In this document: piece after piece, positions 27,778 through 37,586 of the stretch | Layout of the letters: every line of letters starts with the position of its first letter | Numbering within the stretch: position 1 is the first letter of the stretch | Assembly (NCBI GenBank): GCA_965205655.1 | Contig: CBDBIJ010000058.1 | Span: 1 to 64,000, forward strand | Direction of reading: 5' to 3' | Length of the DNA stretch: 64,000 nt | From: Candidatus Latescibacterota bacterium | GTDB taxonomy: Bacteria > Latescibacterota > UBA2968 > UBA8231 | Made by a program: the position numbers and the translations under genes | The notes under the pieces: model-generated | Databases searched by the model: none | The model's input: only the letters and a program-made list of their open reading frames with translations | What the model was told of the DNA's origin: nothing

Positions 27778-30700
27778 ATGACGATCGGGAAGCGAATATC
27801 GGTTGGACTGTTGGGCCTCGCCTTCGGCCTGACGTGCGTCGGCACGGCGGGTGCACAGCCAATTATCAACTCGTCGACGATCACGAGCCCGGACTCGAGC
27901 ACCAAGGTCGGGATCGACAGCACCGTCACGGTTGAGGTGTCGGTGTTCCAGTCGAGCGCCGATGCAGATCTGCAGGTGCTGGCATGGCTCGTCAGCGGCG
28001 GTGCGGAAGCGAGGGCTTTCGATGTTTTGTTCGACGCTACCGAGTTCGAGCAGCCCGGACGATGAGATTCTGGAAGCGCTGCGGCTGGCAACGGAGGAGC
28101 AGGAAGAAGTCACAATCAGCCTGAATGTGTTGCAAACGGTGGCGCTGAGGCTCTCTTCCCTGACGGGGCACCCCTCGAGGACGTCGATGGCGAGGGCCAA
28201 CGCACCAAGCTTCGTCGCCGCCAGGCAGTTGAAGGGCTCCCCTCAGGGCTCAAAAGCGACGGGGTTGCCTCTCGACGGCGTCTTCGGCGACGCCAACACC
28301 GCGGCGGCTGCGACTTCTGCGAAAGATGCCAGAACAGCCGATACCTACAATTTCACGATTGCCCTAAAGGTTCCGGCCAGCGCCGGGACGGTCGACGAAG
28401 TCCGCGTCGCCACAGTCGCCTTCGACAACGGCGCCCTTGTGGCGCAACAGTACAGCGCAATCGTGATCAGCGACCCGAAGAGCAGCGTCACCATAGACGG
28501 TGATCGGCCAAGCCAGGATGGGATTTCGATCGATCCCGGTGATGGCGAGGGGTCGGCAGGTCAGGTTTATATCCGGTTCTCCGACGGGACGAGCAATAGG
28601 TACAGCTCACCCGGTGCTGCCGTACAGGTCGCGGGATTCACCGTCGCGCCTTTTGTGAGAGACGTCGGTAGGGCCGGCGATCAGCTCAGGGTCATTATTG
28701 ATCTCAACAAAGATGACATCGCCGGTCCCGGACCTCGGGAGAATGCGATCAAGGCTCCGACCTCGGATCTCACACTGGTGGCTGATATCTTCGGCACCGA
28801 GTCCGTCGTCGACAAGAATCAGGCCGGTCCGGTGCTGATCCACGCGACAAGGATCGCCAGAGGGGACTTTGCCAATATCTCCCCGACCGCGGCCGCCCTC
28901 GACTCGGTCAGGCTCTTCGTCGTGGACGGCGCCGGCAACAGGAGTAGCGACGTGGTGGGCGGTGAGCAGAACCGCAACCCATTCAGTGGCGACGCCGTCG
29001 TAGCGTTAGGCGTTGTGGGCCCCGTTGATTTTCTCGTCGACTCGACAGACCCCGATCTTTCGGTTGCCGTAGACCCCGACGAGGACCCCGACGAGCCGAC
29101 AAAGGGGAATCGGATCGAGCCCGCGGATGGCGAGACCATCTCCGATGGCAGCACGAACGAGGCTGACAACGCCGATGCGCGCAACGTAGACAGCGACGGG
29201 TCCGCCCTTGATGCGGCCGATGAGGACCCGCTCCTCTCGTGGTTCCCCGACGAAGATCTCAGAAACCTGAAGATCGAGTTCGCTGGCTCGAGTACGATCT
29301 ACAACGTCGCACAAGCCGCCGGGGTAGCACCCAAGTTTCTACATGACGCGCTCGGGAGCGACGAGCGTACCTACGGCGACTTCAGCGCGGTCGCGACTGA
29401 TTCGGCCGGCAATCTCGTCACGAACGAGGAGTTTGTGGCGGGTGCCATCAATGACAGACGAATGACGTCGGTGGCTGACGGCGAATCGTTCGAGCCAGAT
29501 CCCGCCTCCGACCCCGCCCCCGACCCCGCCCCCGAGCAGATCGTGGACGGCACCTACGATATACAGTTTACCGCCACCGATCTCGCCGGTAACACGGGTG
29601 CGACCATCACCCGCACCGACGTCGTCGTCGACGTCACCGATCTCACCTTCAAGCGCCGGTTCCCGACAAAGGCCTCCTTTGGCCCCGTGGGCGTCGATCG
29701 CCGGGACACGATCAACGCGACGACGGCCAACGTGACCTTCGCGCTGAGCGAAGCCGCTGACAGCGTCAAGATCTTCTTTGACGATATTAGCCCGGCGAAC
29801 AAGGACACTTTCTTCGTGTTGAGCACAGCTCAGCTGGCGGATGTGACCGAGCAGACGATCCTTTCCGGGCCGTTTCTAACCGACGATACAGACTACGAGA
29901 TCACCATCGTCGGGCGAGACCTCGCGGGGAACTTCGCCCTGTCAGGTCCCGACACTCTGCACTTCAACGTCGAGTTCGAGGCGCCGACGATCGCCAGGTT
30001 CCTTGTCGAGGTGGTCGATGCCGCCGAGCTGTCCATTGTCCAGGGCGTCGGCAAGGACAATCCCTTCTTGGCCGGGGCCGAGCTTCTCGTCAGGATCAAG
30101 GCGGTCGATGTCGACGACGCGACGGCCGTCACCTTTGCATCAGACGCCATCCTGACGGTGTCGTCAGACAGTTCGTGCGCTGGTTGCTCTATCACCGGCG
30201 ATGGCACCGTCAGCACAAGCGACACCACCTGGACCCTGACCGCAACTGAGTTCGTCGTCGGTCAGCAGACGGTGACGCTGAAAAACGAGACAGCACCGGA
30301 GACATTGACCGTGTCCGTCATCGACGCGGATACCATGTGGGCAGGCGCCCTGTCCGATGTCCTTGCCTACGATCCAGAGGTGTACAGTGCGATCACCGTC
30401 GATGCGCCGGACAGCGTCGATCAGGGCGAGACGTTTCGCGTGAACGTCACGCTGGCCGACAAGTTCGGCAATGCACGCCTTACGGATAACCGCTTCGTCG
30501 AGGTCACCAGCAACGTCGCGGGCGCACAGCTTCCAACAGGTGCACTCGCGATAAAGAAGGGCTCTGGCTGGTTCGACGCTGTCTTTGCCTCGGGTAGCAC
30601 GCACACGATCAGAGTCAGGGATATCGTGAGCGTCGACGAGGCCAGCGATGACTTCGTGTCGGGCAGCGATAGCATCTACGTGAACAGTGGGCCGGCCGCG

Positions 30701-32560
30701 ATCAATCTGGATGGCCCGGACAGCACGGTGGCCGGGGACTTCATGGGCGCCAGCGGCGACGGCGACCAGGGTGGCTTCGTGCTGCTGACCTTCGACGCCT
30801 CGAGTGATCACGCCTCTCTCGACGAGTACCTCATCGAGCGCGAGATCACCGTTACCTACGGCGCCGGCGCGGCGACGGCCCTTGTGTCGCTGGACGAGCC
30901 GACGAAAGTATGGACCGCCTGGGGCTCTGCCGCTCCGACACCTGGCGCCGCCGTGATGTACGTGGTCGTGGCGACGCTGGACGGCGACGACTCGCGATTC
31001 GCAGTCTCCTCCGTCCGCGGAGGCGTGACGGCGAAGAAGGCATTCGACGTCAGCGACAACATCAGCTCGCCGTACGAGCTGATGGCACAGACCATGATGA
31101 AGAGCAAGGAGCTGGCGCGGGTCAGTGCGGATGCGCCGGTCTTCGCGACCCTCACGCCGGAGGCCCTGGCCTTTGGCGAGCAGGGCATCGTGCCGCGCCT
31201 CAAGACTGGTGGCAGCGTTGTGCGTTCGCTCCGAACGGTTTCGAACCTGGTGCGGTCGGTGGACAACATTGCGCCCGCCCCAGTTGCTTACCTCAAGGCG
31301 CTCGACACGCCGAGCGACGCCGGCGGCAGCATCACGCTGAAGTGGTCCAAGTCTCCGGACGACCAGTTGCTGACGCAGGCCGTGCCGCAGGCGATCGGTG
31401 GTGCAAACATCTACACCACGCCGGGAGTTAGGGGCTACAATATCTATCGCAAGGCAGGTAGTGGCGCTTTCGCACTCATCGGCGAGGCGGGACCGGGGGA
31501 GACCTCCTTCGCGGATGAAACGGTCTTCAACGGGATGCAGTACGTCTACCAAGTCAAACCACGGGACGCCGACAACATCGCGTCCTCCGAGCTGCAGAGC
31601 TCCGCGGTCTCAGTGCGGAACAACGTGCGCGATCAGGATGGCAAGCTCGTATTGGGCCTCTTCGGCGTCGACAACCGCGTCGACTTCGACGACTTCTTCA
31701 TCCTGGCTGATCGTTTCGGCCAGGATGCAACTGCCGAGACCTTTGACCCGGCCTTCGACCTGAGCCCGAACAACAAGGTCGACTTCGACGACTTCTTCAT
31801 CTTCGTGGACAACTTTGGCCGTTCGATCACCGCCTCCGGCAAGGTCGTTCCGATGCTGGCCGGTCTGAACAGCGAGGCGCGCTTCTACATCGACGCCGGC
31901 ACCGAGGTGCCGCGCATCGGTGAAGAGATGGCTCTCGCGGTCAGCCTGGAAGACTACGTCGAGCTGCAGGGGTACGGCCTCACCGTCAACTACGACGAGG
32001 CCCTCCTCGAGTTCGTCGGCGCGCAGGTAGACAACAACATCCTGGGTGAAGACGTGCTGGCTCGTCCGCAGGTCATCCCGGGAGCCGATGGCCAGGTTTC
32101 GATTGGCGCCTTCGGCGATGCGGTCAGCGAGGGTGACCTCGGGTTGAACCTCATCTTCCGCAGCAAAGCGGAGATCGAGGACAGCTACATCGAGATCACC
32201 GATGCTGCCCTGCGCGACGGCGGCTACGGCGTGAACGCGGTGCCGACTCCGGTTTCGGTTCGGATCCAGACCCGTCCAGAGGTTTACGCTCTGGCGGACA
32301 ACTACCCGAATCCGTTCAACCCGGAGACGACGCTCAAGTATCAGCTGCCTGAGGCCGCTGATGTGATACTGGAGATCTACAACATGCTCGGCCAGGTGGT
32401 GAGGACGCTCGTCAACGAGCATCGAAACGCCGGCCGTTACACGGTCCAGTGGGATGCTACCAACGACAAGGGCGACGCCTTGTCTTCTGGAATCTACTTC
32501 TACCGCATGCAGGCGGGCAGTGAGTTCCAGGGCGTCAAGAAGATGCTGTTGGTCAAGTAA
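27778..32560 (+). CDS. Giant secreted protein B (~1590 aa, S-layer/scaffold-like): Ig-like repeats, FN3-like, dockerin-like EF-hand pair, cohesin-like, FlgD/T9SS-like CTD; one +1 frameshift near 28055
   Basis: AGGAG RBS; signal peptide MTIGKRISVGLLGLAFGLTCVGTAGA; ATDLAGN and GRDLAGN Ig motifs; VDFDDFFILADRFG...VDFDDFFIFVDNFG; NYPNPFNPETT...KKMLLVK. Confidence 0.85.
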
Positions 32561-32581
32561 GTAGAAGTATTGTAGTGAGTT

Positions 32582-32614
32582 GAGATGGGACCCAGCTTGA
32601 CCGGGTCCCATCTC
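32582..32614 (+). terminator. 12-bp perfect hairpin after gene B with no U tract (stabiliser or partial terminator)
   Basis: GAGATGGGACCC-agcttgacc-GGGTCCCATCTC. Confidence 0.6.
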
Positions 32615-32691
32615 GATAGAAACGAGAGTCCGGACGGTGTAGACTATCAGGTAGCGAACATTCAGGGGATACTTACGGAGGAGACTTGAGA

Positions 32692-34290
32692 ATGCCAAAT
32701 TGCGTGCGCAAAGCCACGCCGCTTGCCCTCGCCTTCTTGGTCGCACTGGTCGGGAGCGCCTTCGCGGGTGTCAACGAAGACGCGACCTTCTCGATCACGG
32801 AGGTTCGCCTGCCACCGGACGTGGCGGTGGGGTCGCCGACGAGCGTATCCGGCGTCGGGGGAGGCGCCCTCATCGAGATCGACGTGCTGGGCGAGAACTG
32901 GGTCGATGTAAAGCAGGTGGAGGTCTTCATCGATGTCTCGTCGAGCGCCGACTTTACAGTCGTCGCCGTCGTGCTCGGTCCGGAGATGCCGACATCGGCA
33001 GCCTTCCCCCCGGGCGACTGGGTTTTGCCGGGCATCGGGCAGTCGGTCGGTGACAATCGCTATCAGCTCGGCTGGGCACTGCTCAGCGCGGGGCTCGATG
33101 ACGGCGTGACCGGATCGGTGACCTTCACACTCCGCGTTCTGACAGGTGATGACTTCACCGCCGACACAGAGGGCTCGGTCACCATCGAGTCGGTTTCGAT
33201 AGGTCCGGGCTCCGCAGATCGAGACGAGGTCTCTGTCGGCGCGACGGTGACCGTGAATCCGCCGGCTCCTCCAGTCATAGAGCCCACGCTCACGGCCGTG
33301 GGGGCGACGGATGCGAGTTTGGACTTCTCAGCCGTTGGCTCCGGCGATGCCGCCGATGGGAGCGCCGGCGAGGTGACCTTCACCGTCGCCTTTACGGACA
33401 ATACCGGCGGCGCCGGAGAGGGTCAGTCGATCACGTGGTCGATCACGAATAACGGCGGCCAGTCCGTCTTCCTCGTGAACGGCGGCTCGACCGAAATCGC
33501 CTCAGGCGCCACGATTACACCGACTTCTACGACGGACGCCGACGGTCAGGCCTCCGCCGCCTTCGATTCGGAGGGGGATAAGTCTGCGGTTAGCACCAGC
33601 ATCTCTGGCACCGCCAGTGCGACGGCGGACGATTCGGGGGGCGATTCGTTTGATCTGAGTGTCGGCTTCAGCGCCACGTGGGACGTACCGGTGCCGGCGG
33701 AGCTCTCGAGCTTCTCGGGCGAAGTGACCGGGGATCAAGAGGTCCTGCTCGTCTGGGGCGTCGCTTCTCAGTCGAACAACCTAGGTTGGGAGGTCTTCCG
33801 AAGCCTCGACGAGATCGTCTACGAGCGCGTAGGTGAACTTGTTGCGGGCGAGGGCACGACTGACATCTATCGTACCTATCAGTTCACGGATGAGAATCCG
33901 CCGGTGGCGGATGTCGTCCACTACTACCTGAAGCAGGTCGACCTCGACGGCAACACGGCGCGCTCGAACACAGTGGCCGTGGCGCTCGCGCCGGCCGTGC
34001 TGATGCCGTCGGCGTATGCGCTGTCCCAGAACTTTCCGAACCCCTTCAACCCGACGACGACGATCACCTTCGAGCTGGCCGCTGAGTCGATGGTGGCACT
34101 CGTCATCTACGATGCCGCCGGGCAGGTCGTCCGGCGACTCGTTGACGGCCAGACGATTGCAGCCGGACACTACCGTGCGGACTGGGATGGCATCGACGAG
34201 GACGGCGGCTCCGTCAGCAGCGGGGTTTACTTCTACGAGCTCAGGGCAGGCGCATTGAGTTTGATGAAGAAGATGACGCTGCTCCACTAG
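32692..34290 (+). CDS. Secreted protein C: possible cohesin-like N-domain, Ig-like domain, PxELSSF domain, FlgD/T9SS-like CTD
   Basis: GGAGGAG RBS; signal peptide ending SAFA; VPAELSSFSG...YYLKQVDLDG; QNFPNPFNP...KKMTLLH. Confidence 0.85.
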   Translation: MPNCVRKATPLALAFLVALVGSAFAGVNEDATFSITEVRLPPDVAVGSPTSVSGVGGGALIEIDVLGENWVDVKQVEVFIDVSSSADFTVVAVVLGPEMPTSAAFPPGDWVLPGIGQSVGDNRYQLGWALLSAGLDDGVTGSVTFTLRVLTGDDFTADTEGSVTIESVSIGPGSADRDEVSVGATVTVNPPAPPVIEPTLTAVGATDASLDFSAVGSGDAADGSAGEVTFTVAFTDNTGGAGEGQSITWSITNNGGQSVFLVNGGSTEIASGATITPTSTTDADGQASAAFDSEGDKSAVSTSISGTASATADDSGGDSFDLSVGFSATWDVPVPAELSSFSGEVTGDQEVLLVWGVASQSNNLGWEVFRSLDEIVYERVGELVAGEGTTDIYRTYQFTDENPPVADVVHYYLKQVDLDGNTARSNTVAVALAPAVLMPSAYALSQNFPNPFNPTTTITFELAAESMVALVIYDAAGQVVRRLVDGQTIAAGHYRADWDGIDEDGGSVSSGVYFYELRAGALSLMKKMTLLH

Positions 34291-34326
34291 GCGGCGATCT
34301 ACAGACTACTCTTCAACGCGTTTACT

Positions 34327-34364
34327 GGCCGTTGGGTCCCAGTCGGGCCCCAACGGCCTTTTTT
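34327..34364 (+). terminator. Intrinsic terminator after gene C
   Basis: GGCCGTTGGGTCCC-AGTC-GGGCCCCAACGGCC followed by TTTTTT. Confidence 0.85.
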
Positions 34365-34452
34365 GTGCCCGTCACGGACGCCCGTTACGGAGCCGAATTT
34401 CAATGAGATCGGGCTGGAGAAAGAGGCGTTTCGAGCCGATTACTTGAGTACC

Positions 34453-36024
34453 ATGAAAAGAGCAGCTGCATTACCGGCCGCCGTTTTGACAGCTCTGGCA
34501 CTGGGAACCGCCTTCTCTGGTGAAAACGAGAATGTGGTCTTCTCACTCATCTCGCCAGCTGAGCTCACCGGGATCGGCCCGGGAGATACACTCGAGGTGT
34601 CTCTGTTCGCCTCGGGCATTGTCGAGGCGAAGCAGGTAGAAATCGTCATCGAGGTCTCTCCGGTGGAGGCCTTCGACCTCGATGGCTCGCACTACGACCC
34701 ACTGACCTCGCTGTTCTCGCTCGGACCGGGGCTGGACCGCCTCGGAGGGGGGCATGTGCGGGGAGGAGGTGCGAGTGTCCTGCTCCCGGTGAATGGAGAC
34801 GGCTCCCTCGGAACCTTTTACATCGTCACATCGCCGGAGTTCGATCAGCAGACGGAGGCGACCATTACGGTGCTCCTCATCTCCATCGGCCCCAGTTTCA
34901 CCGTGCGAGACGAGTTTGACCAGCAGACGCTGGCGCTGTCGATAACCGTCAACCCGGGTGCCGTCATCGTCGGGGAGCCATCGCTGAGCGCAGCCACGCC
35001 GTTGGATGTGACGGCGGATCCCTCGCCGACGGGCGCGGGGAACGTCCTGGACGGCAGCCGCGGCGAGGTGACTTTCTCCGTACGACACCTCGACTCGTCC
35101 GGCACCGCAGCCGAGGGTCACTCAATTACCTGGTCGATCTCCAACCAGGGTGGCGACGCGGTTTTTCTGTTGGATGACGAGCCAACGAAGATCGCTTCCA
35201 ACAGCGCCATGACGGTCATGACGACGTCGGACTCGGAGGGAAAGGCGTCCATCACCCTCGACGCTGAGGGCGGCGCTGCGGCTGTCCCCACAACCGTGAG
35301 AGTGAATGCGAGTACGTCTGCGCCCAACTCAGTCGGGGAGTCACGGGAGCTCGCGGTGGAGTTTTTCGCAACCTGGGACGTAGCCGTCCCCTCCGAGCTG
35401 TCGACCTTCACAGGCGAGCGCACACCGACGGATCAGATCCTCTTGCGCTGGGCGACGACGTCCCAGTCCGGCAACGTCGGGTGGGAAGTGTTTCGCAGCG
35501 TGGACGGAGTAGAGGAGTTCGACAGAGTTGGACAGATCGTCCCGGGGGCGGGCACGGTCGACAACCATCTCGCGTACGAATTCCTCGACGATCAGGTTCC
35601 GCCCGCGGCTGAGGTAGTCTCCTACTACCTGCGGCAGATAAGCCTCGACGGCTCGTCTTCTCGATCTGGTATCCTCGACGTCGCGATCATGCCGGTGATC
35701 CCCGGGACAGTCGGACTGCCCGCGGATTATCGCCTCGCCCAGAACTATCCGAATCCCTTGAATCCGTACACGGCGATCGAGTTTGATCTGGTTTCGGAAA
35801 CTCCGGTCCAACTGACCGTCTACGACGCCGCCGGCCGGACGGTTCGTCATCTGATCGACACGCTCGCTATGCGCCCCGGTCGCTATCGCACGCACTGGGA
35901 CGGCAGGGACGACGCGGCACGCCCTGTCGGCAGCGGGGTGTATTTCTATTCGCTCGAGTGCAGCGGCTTTCGCTCAGCTGGTAGAATGGTTCTTTTGAGT
36001 GGTAGAATGGTTCTTTTGAGGTAG
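34453..36024 (+). CDS. Secreted protein D, paralogue of C
   Basis: Signal MKRAAALPAAVLTALALGTAFS. Colinear with C (GENENVVFS/GVNEDATFS, KQVE, SIGP, GEVTF, ITWSI.N.GG..VFL, ATWDV.VP.ELS.F). CTD QNYPNPLNP. Confidence 0.85.
   Translation: MKRAAALPAAVLTALALGTAFSGENENVVFSLISPAELTGIGPGDTLEVSLFASGIVEAKQVEIVIEVSPVEAFDLDGSHYDPLTSLFSLGPGLDRLGGGHVRGGGASVLLPVNGDGSLGTFYIVTSPEFDQQTEATITVLLISIGPSFTVRDEFDQQTLALSITVNPGAVIVGEPSLSAATPLDVTADPSPTGAGNVLDGSRGEVTFSVRHLDSSGTAAEGHSITWSISNQGGDAVFLLDDEPTKIASNSAMTVMTTSDSEGKASITLDAEGGAAAVPTTVRVNASTSAPNSVGESRELAVEFFATWDVAVPSELSTFTGERTPTDQILLRWATTSQSGNVGWEVFRSVDGVEEFDRVGQIVPGAGTVDNHLAYEFLDDQVPPAAEVVSYYLRQISLDGSSSRSGILDVAIMPVIPGTVGLPADYRLAQNYPNPLNPYTAIEFDLVSETPVQLTVYDAAGRTVRHLIDTLAMRPGRYRTHWDGRDDAARPVGSGVYFYSLECSGFRSAGRMVLLSGRMVLLR
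35979..36020. repeat. Exact 21-bp tandem duplication at the 3' end of gene D
   Basis: TGGTAGAATGGTTCTTTTGAG x2, giving GRMVLLS-GRMVLLR-stop. Confidence 0.95.
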
Positions 36025-36104
36025 CCTCCCGGCCGTCTCAATTCGCCTTCCGAAATCTGACAGAAGTCACGTTTTAACAAATAGTTGGGTCAATTTACGC
36101 CGCC

Positions 36105-36133
36105 TTGCGTCAGGTCCTACTTTCACTTATATT
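36105..36133 (+). promoter_or_regulatory. sigma70-type promoter for moaD-moaE
   Basis: TTGCGT, 17 nt, TATATT. Confidence 0.55.
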
Positions 36134-36206
36134 CGGGCTAACGCGGTACGTCGTTAGTGAATAGCACACCTCGCTGGCAGCCGGTCCCGCCAACATTCCA
36201 CACTGA

Positions 36207-36497
36207 ATGAAGATCCGGGTCCTGTTTTTCGCTTCCTGCCGAGAGATCGTGGGCATGCGGCAATGTGACATGGAAGTGGCGGACGGGATCTCCGTAGCCC
36301 AGTTGAAGAGAATCCTGATGGCGGAGTTTCCGGGTCTCAATCGGCTCAGCCAGTCTCTAACGGCTGCCGTCAACGCAGAGTACGTGAACGACTCCGCCCC
36401 CCTACAGGACGCAGACGAGGTGGCACTGATTCCTCCGGTGAGCGGGGGGTCGATCGATGAGGACGCCCAGTCCGATACTCACGCGTCTGATTCGTAA
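36207..36497 (+). CDS. moaD: Molybdopterin synthase sulfur carrier subunit with a C-terminal extension
   Basis: MKIRVLFFA..RE..G, AVN.EY and DEVALIPPVSGG, followed by 15 extra residues. Confidence 0.9.
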   Translation: MKIRVLFFASCREIVGMRQCDMEVADGISVAQLKRILMAEFPGLNRLSQSLTAAVNAEYVNDSAPLQDADEVALIPPVSGGSIDEDAQSDTHASDS

Positions 36498-36514
36498 CCT
36501 CAGTGTAAATCAGG

Positions 36515-36943
36515 ATGGAATTCCGCATAACAGAGAATCCAATCGCTCCCGACGAGCTCCATCAGCACGTTCTCGCTGACCGCGACGGCGCGGTGGTGAC
36601 ATTTTGCGGGGTCGTTCGAGATCATTCCGGGGAAAAGCGAACCGACCATCTCGTGTACGAGGCCTACCAGGAGATGGCGGAGAAGAAAATGGCCGAGATT
36701 GGAGAGCTGGCCAGGTCCCAGTGGGCGATCGACGACATCGCCGTCGTCCACCGCGTCGGTCGCGTCGAAATTGGAGAAATCAGCGTCTTGATTGCCGTGG
36801 CCAGCTCCCATCGCTCTGAAGCGTTCGAGGCATGCCGGTGGGCCATCGATCGTCTTAAGGAGACGGTCCCCATATGGAAGAAGGAGGTGGATGAGGACGG
36901 CCACCACTGGGTAGAGGGCCCTGTGGCGGCGGCGCTGCCGTAG
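36515..36943 (+). CDS. moaE: Molybdopterin synthase catalytic subunit
   Basis: GAVVTFCGVVRD, YEAYQEMA, HRVG, HRSEAF and LKETVPIWKKE. Confidence 0.95.
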   Translation: MEFRITENPIAPDELHQHVLADRDGAVVTFCGVVRDHSGEKRTDHLVYEAYQEMAEKKMAEIGELARSQWAIDDIAVVHRVGRVEIGEISVLIAVASSHRSEAFEACRWAIDRLKETVPIWKKEVDEDGHHWVEGPVAAALP

Positions 36944-36968
36944 CTCACCGGAAACGAGCAGAGCACTC

Positions 36969-37466
36969 GTGATACTGAATCTCAGCTGGCTCGTACCCGG
37001 ACGGATCGCGGGCATGGCTCAACCGGGTGGCCCGGACTACGATCCAGATGGCGATCAGGATCGGTTGCGCGAAGATTTGGCCCTGCTGCGAAACGAGGGC
37101 ATAGAGTCGATCGTGTCGCTCACCGAGCACTCGCTGAATCCTGCCATTGTGAAGGAGATGGGATTTCGGCACCTGTCGCTGGCCGTTGCGGACATGGCGC
37201 CGCCCACGATCGACGACATAAGCCGATTTGTCGAGTTCACAGACGAATCGGAGCGCGACGAGCTGCCTGTCGCCGTTCACTGCCTGGCCGGACTCGGGCG
37301 CACCGGCACCATGCTGGCATGTTTCCTCGTCGGCAAGGGGTACGACGCCGAGGAAGCGCTTCAGGAGGTCAGAGAGAGACGCCCGGGATCGGTAGAGATT
37401 CCGGCCCAGGAGGAAATCATCAGCGAATACGCTGAGCATGCGAGTCAGCTCAAGGAGCGAGCCTGA
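36969..37466 (+). CDS. Dual-specificity protein phosphatase
   Basis: Catalytic VHCLAGLGRTG, plus DMAPP and VRERRPGSVE...Q. Confidence 0.88.
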   Translation: MILNLSWLVPGRIAGMAQPGGPDYDPDGDQDRLREDLALLRNEGIESIVSLTEHSLNPAIVKEMGFRHLSLAVADMAPPTIDDISRFVEFTDESERDELPVAVHCLAGLGRTGTMLACFLVGKGYDAEEALQEVRERRPGSVEIPAQEEIISEYAEHASQLKERA

Positions 37467-37586
37467 CGCTCGATGCCGAAATCAGGCTGAGTCAATGACG
37501 AGGCAGTGACATTTCACACCGCGGAGTGAGGCACTGGGCTAACCTTCGCGTCAGTCAACACCATCGACCGGGAGGGGAGGATCAGG

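Noticed and set aside
28045..28065. Phase variation at the frameshift in gene B
   Set aside because: There is no long homopolymer or microsatellite at the site, and it fits the window-wide single-base insertion error pattern.
20265..36024. Diversity-generating retroelement or invertible shufflon acting on the surface proteins
   Set aside because: No reverse transcriptase, recombinase, or near-identical template/variable repeat pair was seen.
36134..36206. Moco riboswitch upstream of moaD
   Set aside because: The leader is only ~70 nt with one clear small hairpin (GCTAACG...CGTTAGT), too short for that motif.
36207..36943. moaD-moaE as a frameshifted MoaX fusion
   Set aside because: There is a stop in the moaD frame at 36495-36497 and another in the moaE frame at 36506-36508, so a single indel cannot fuse them.
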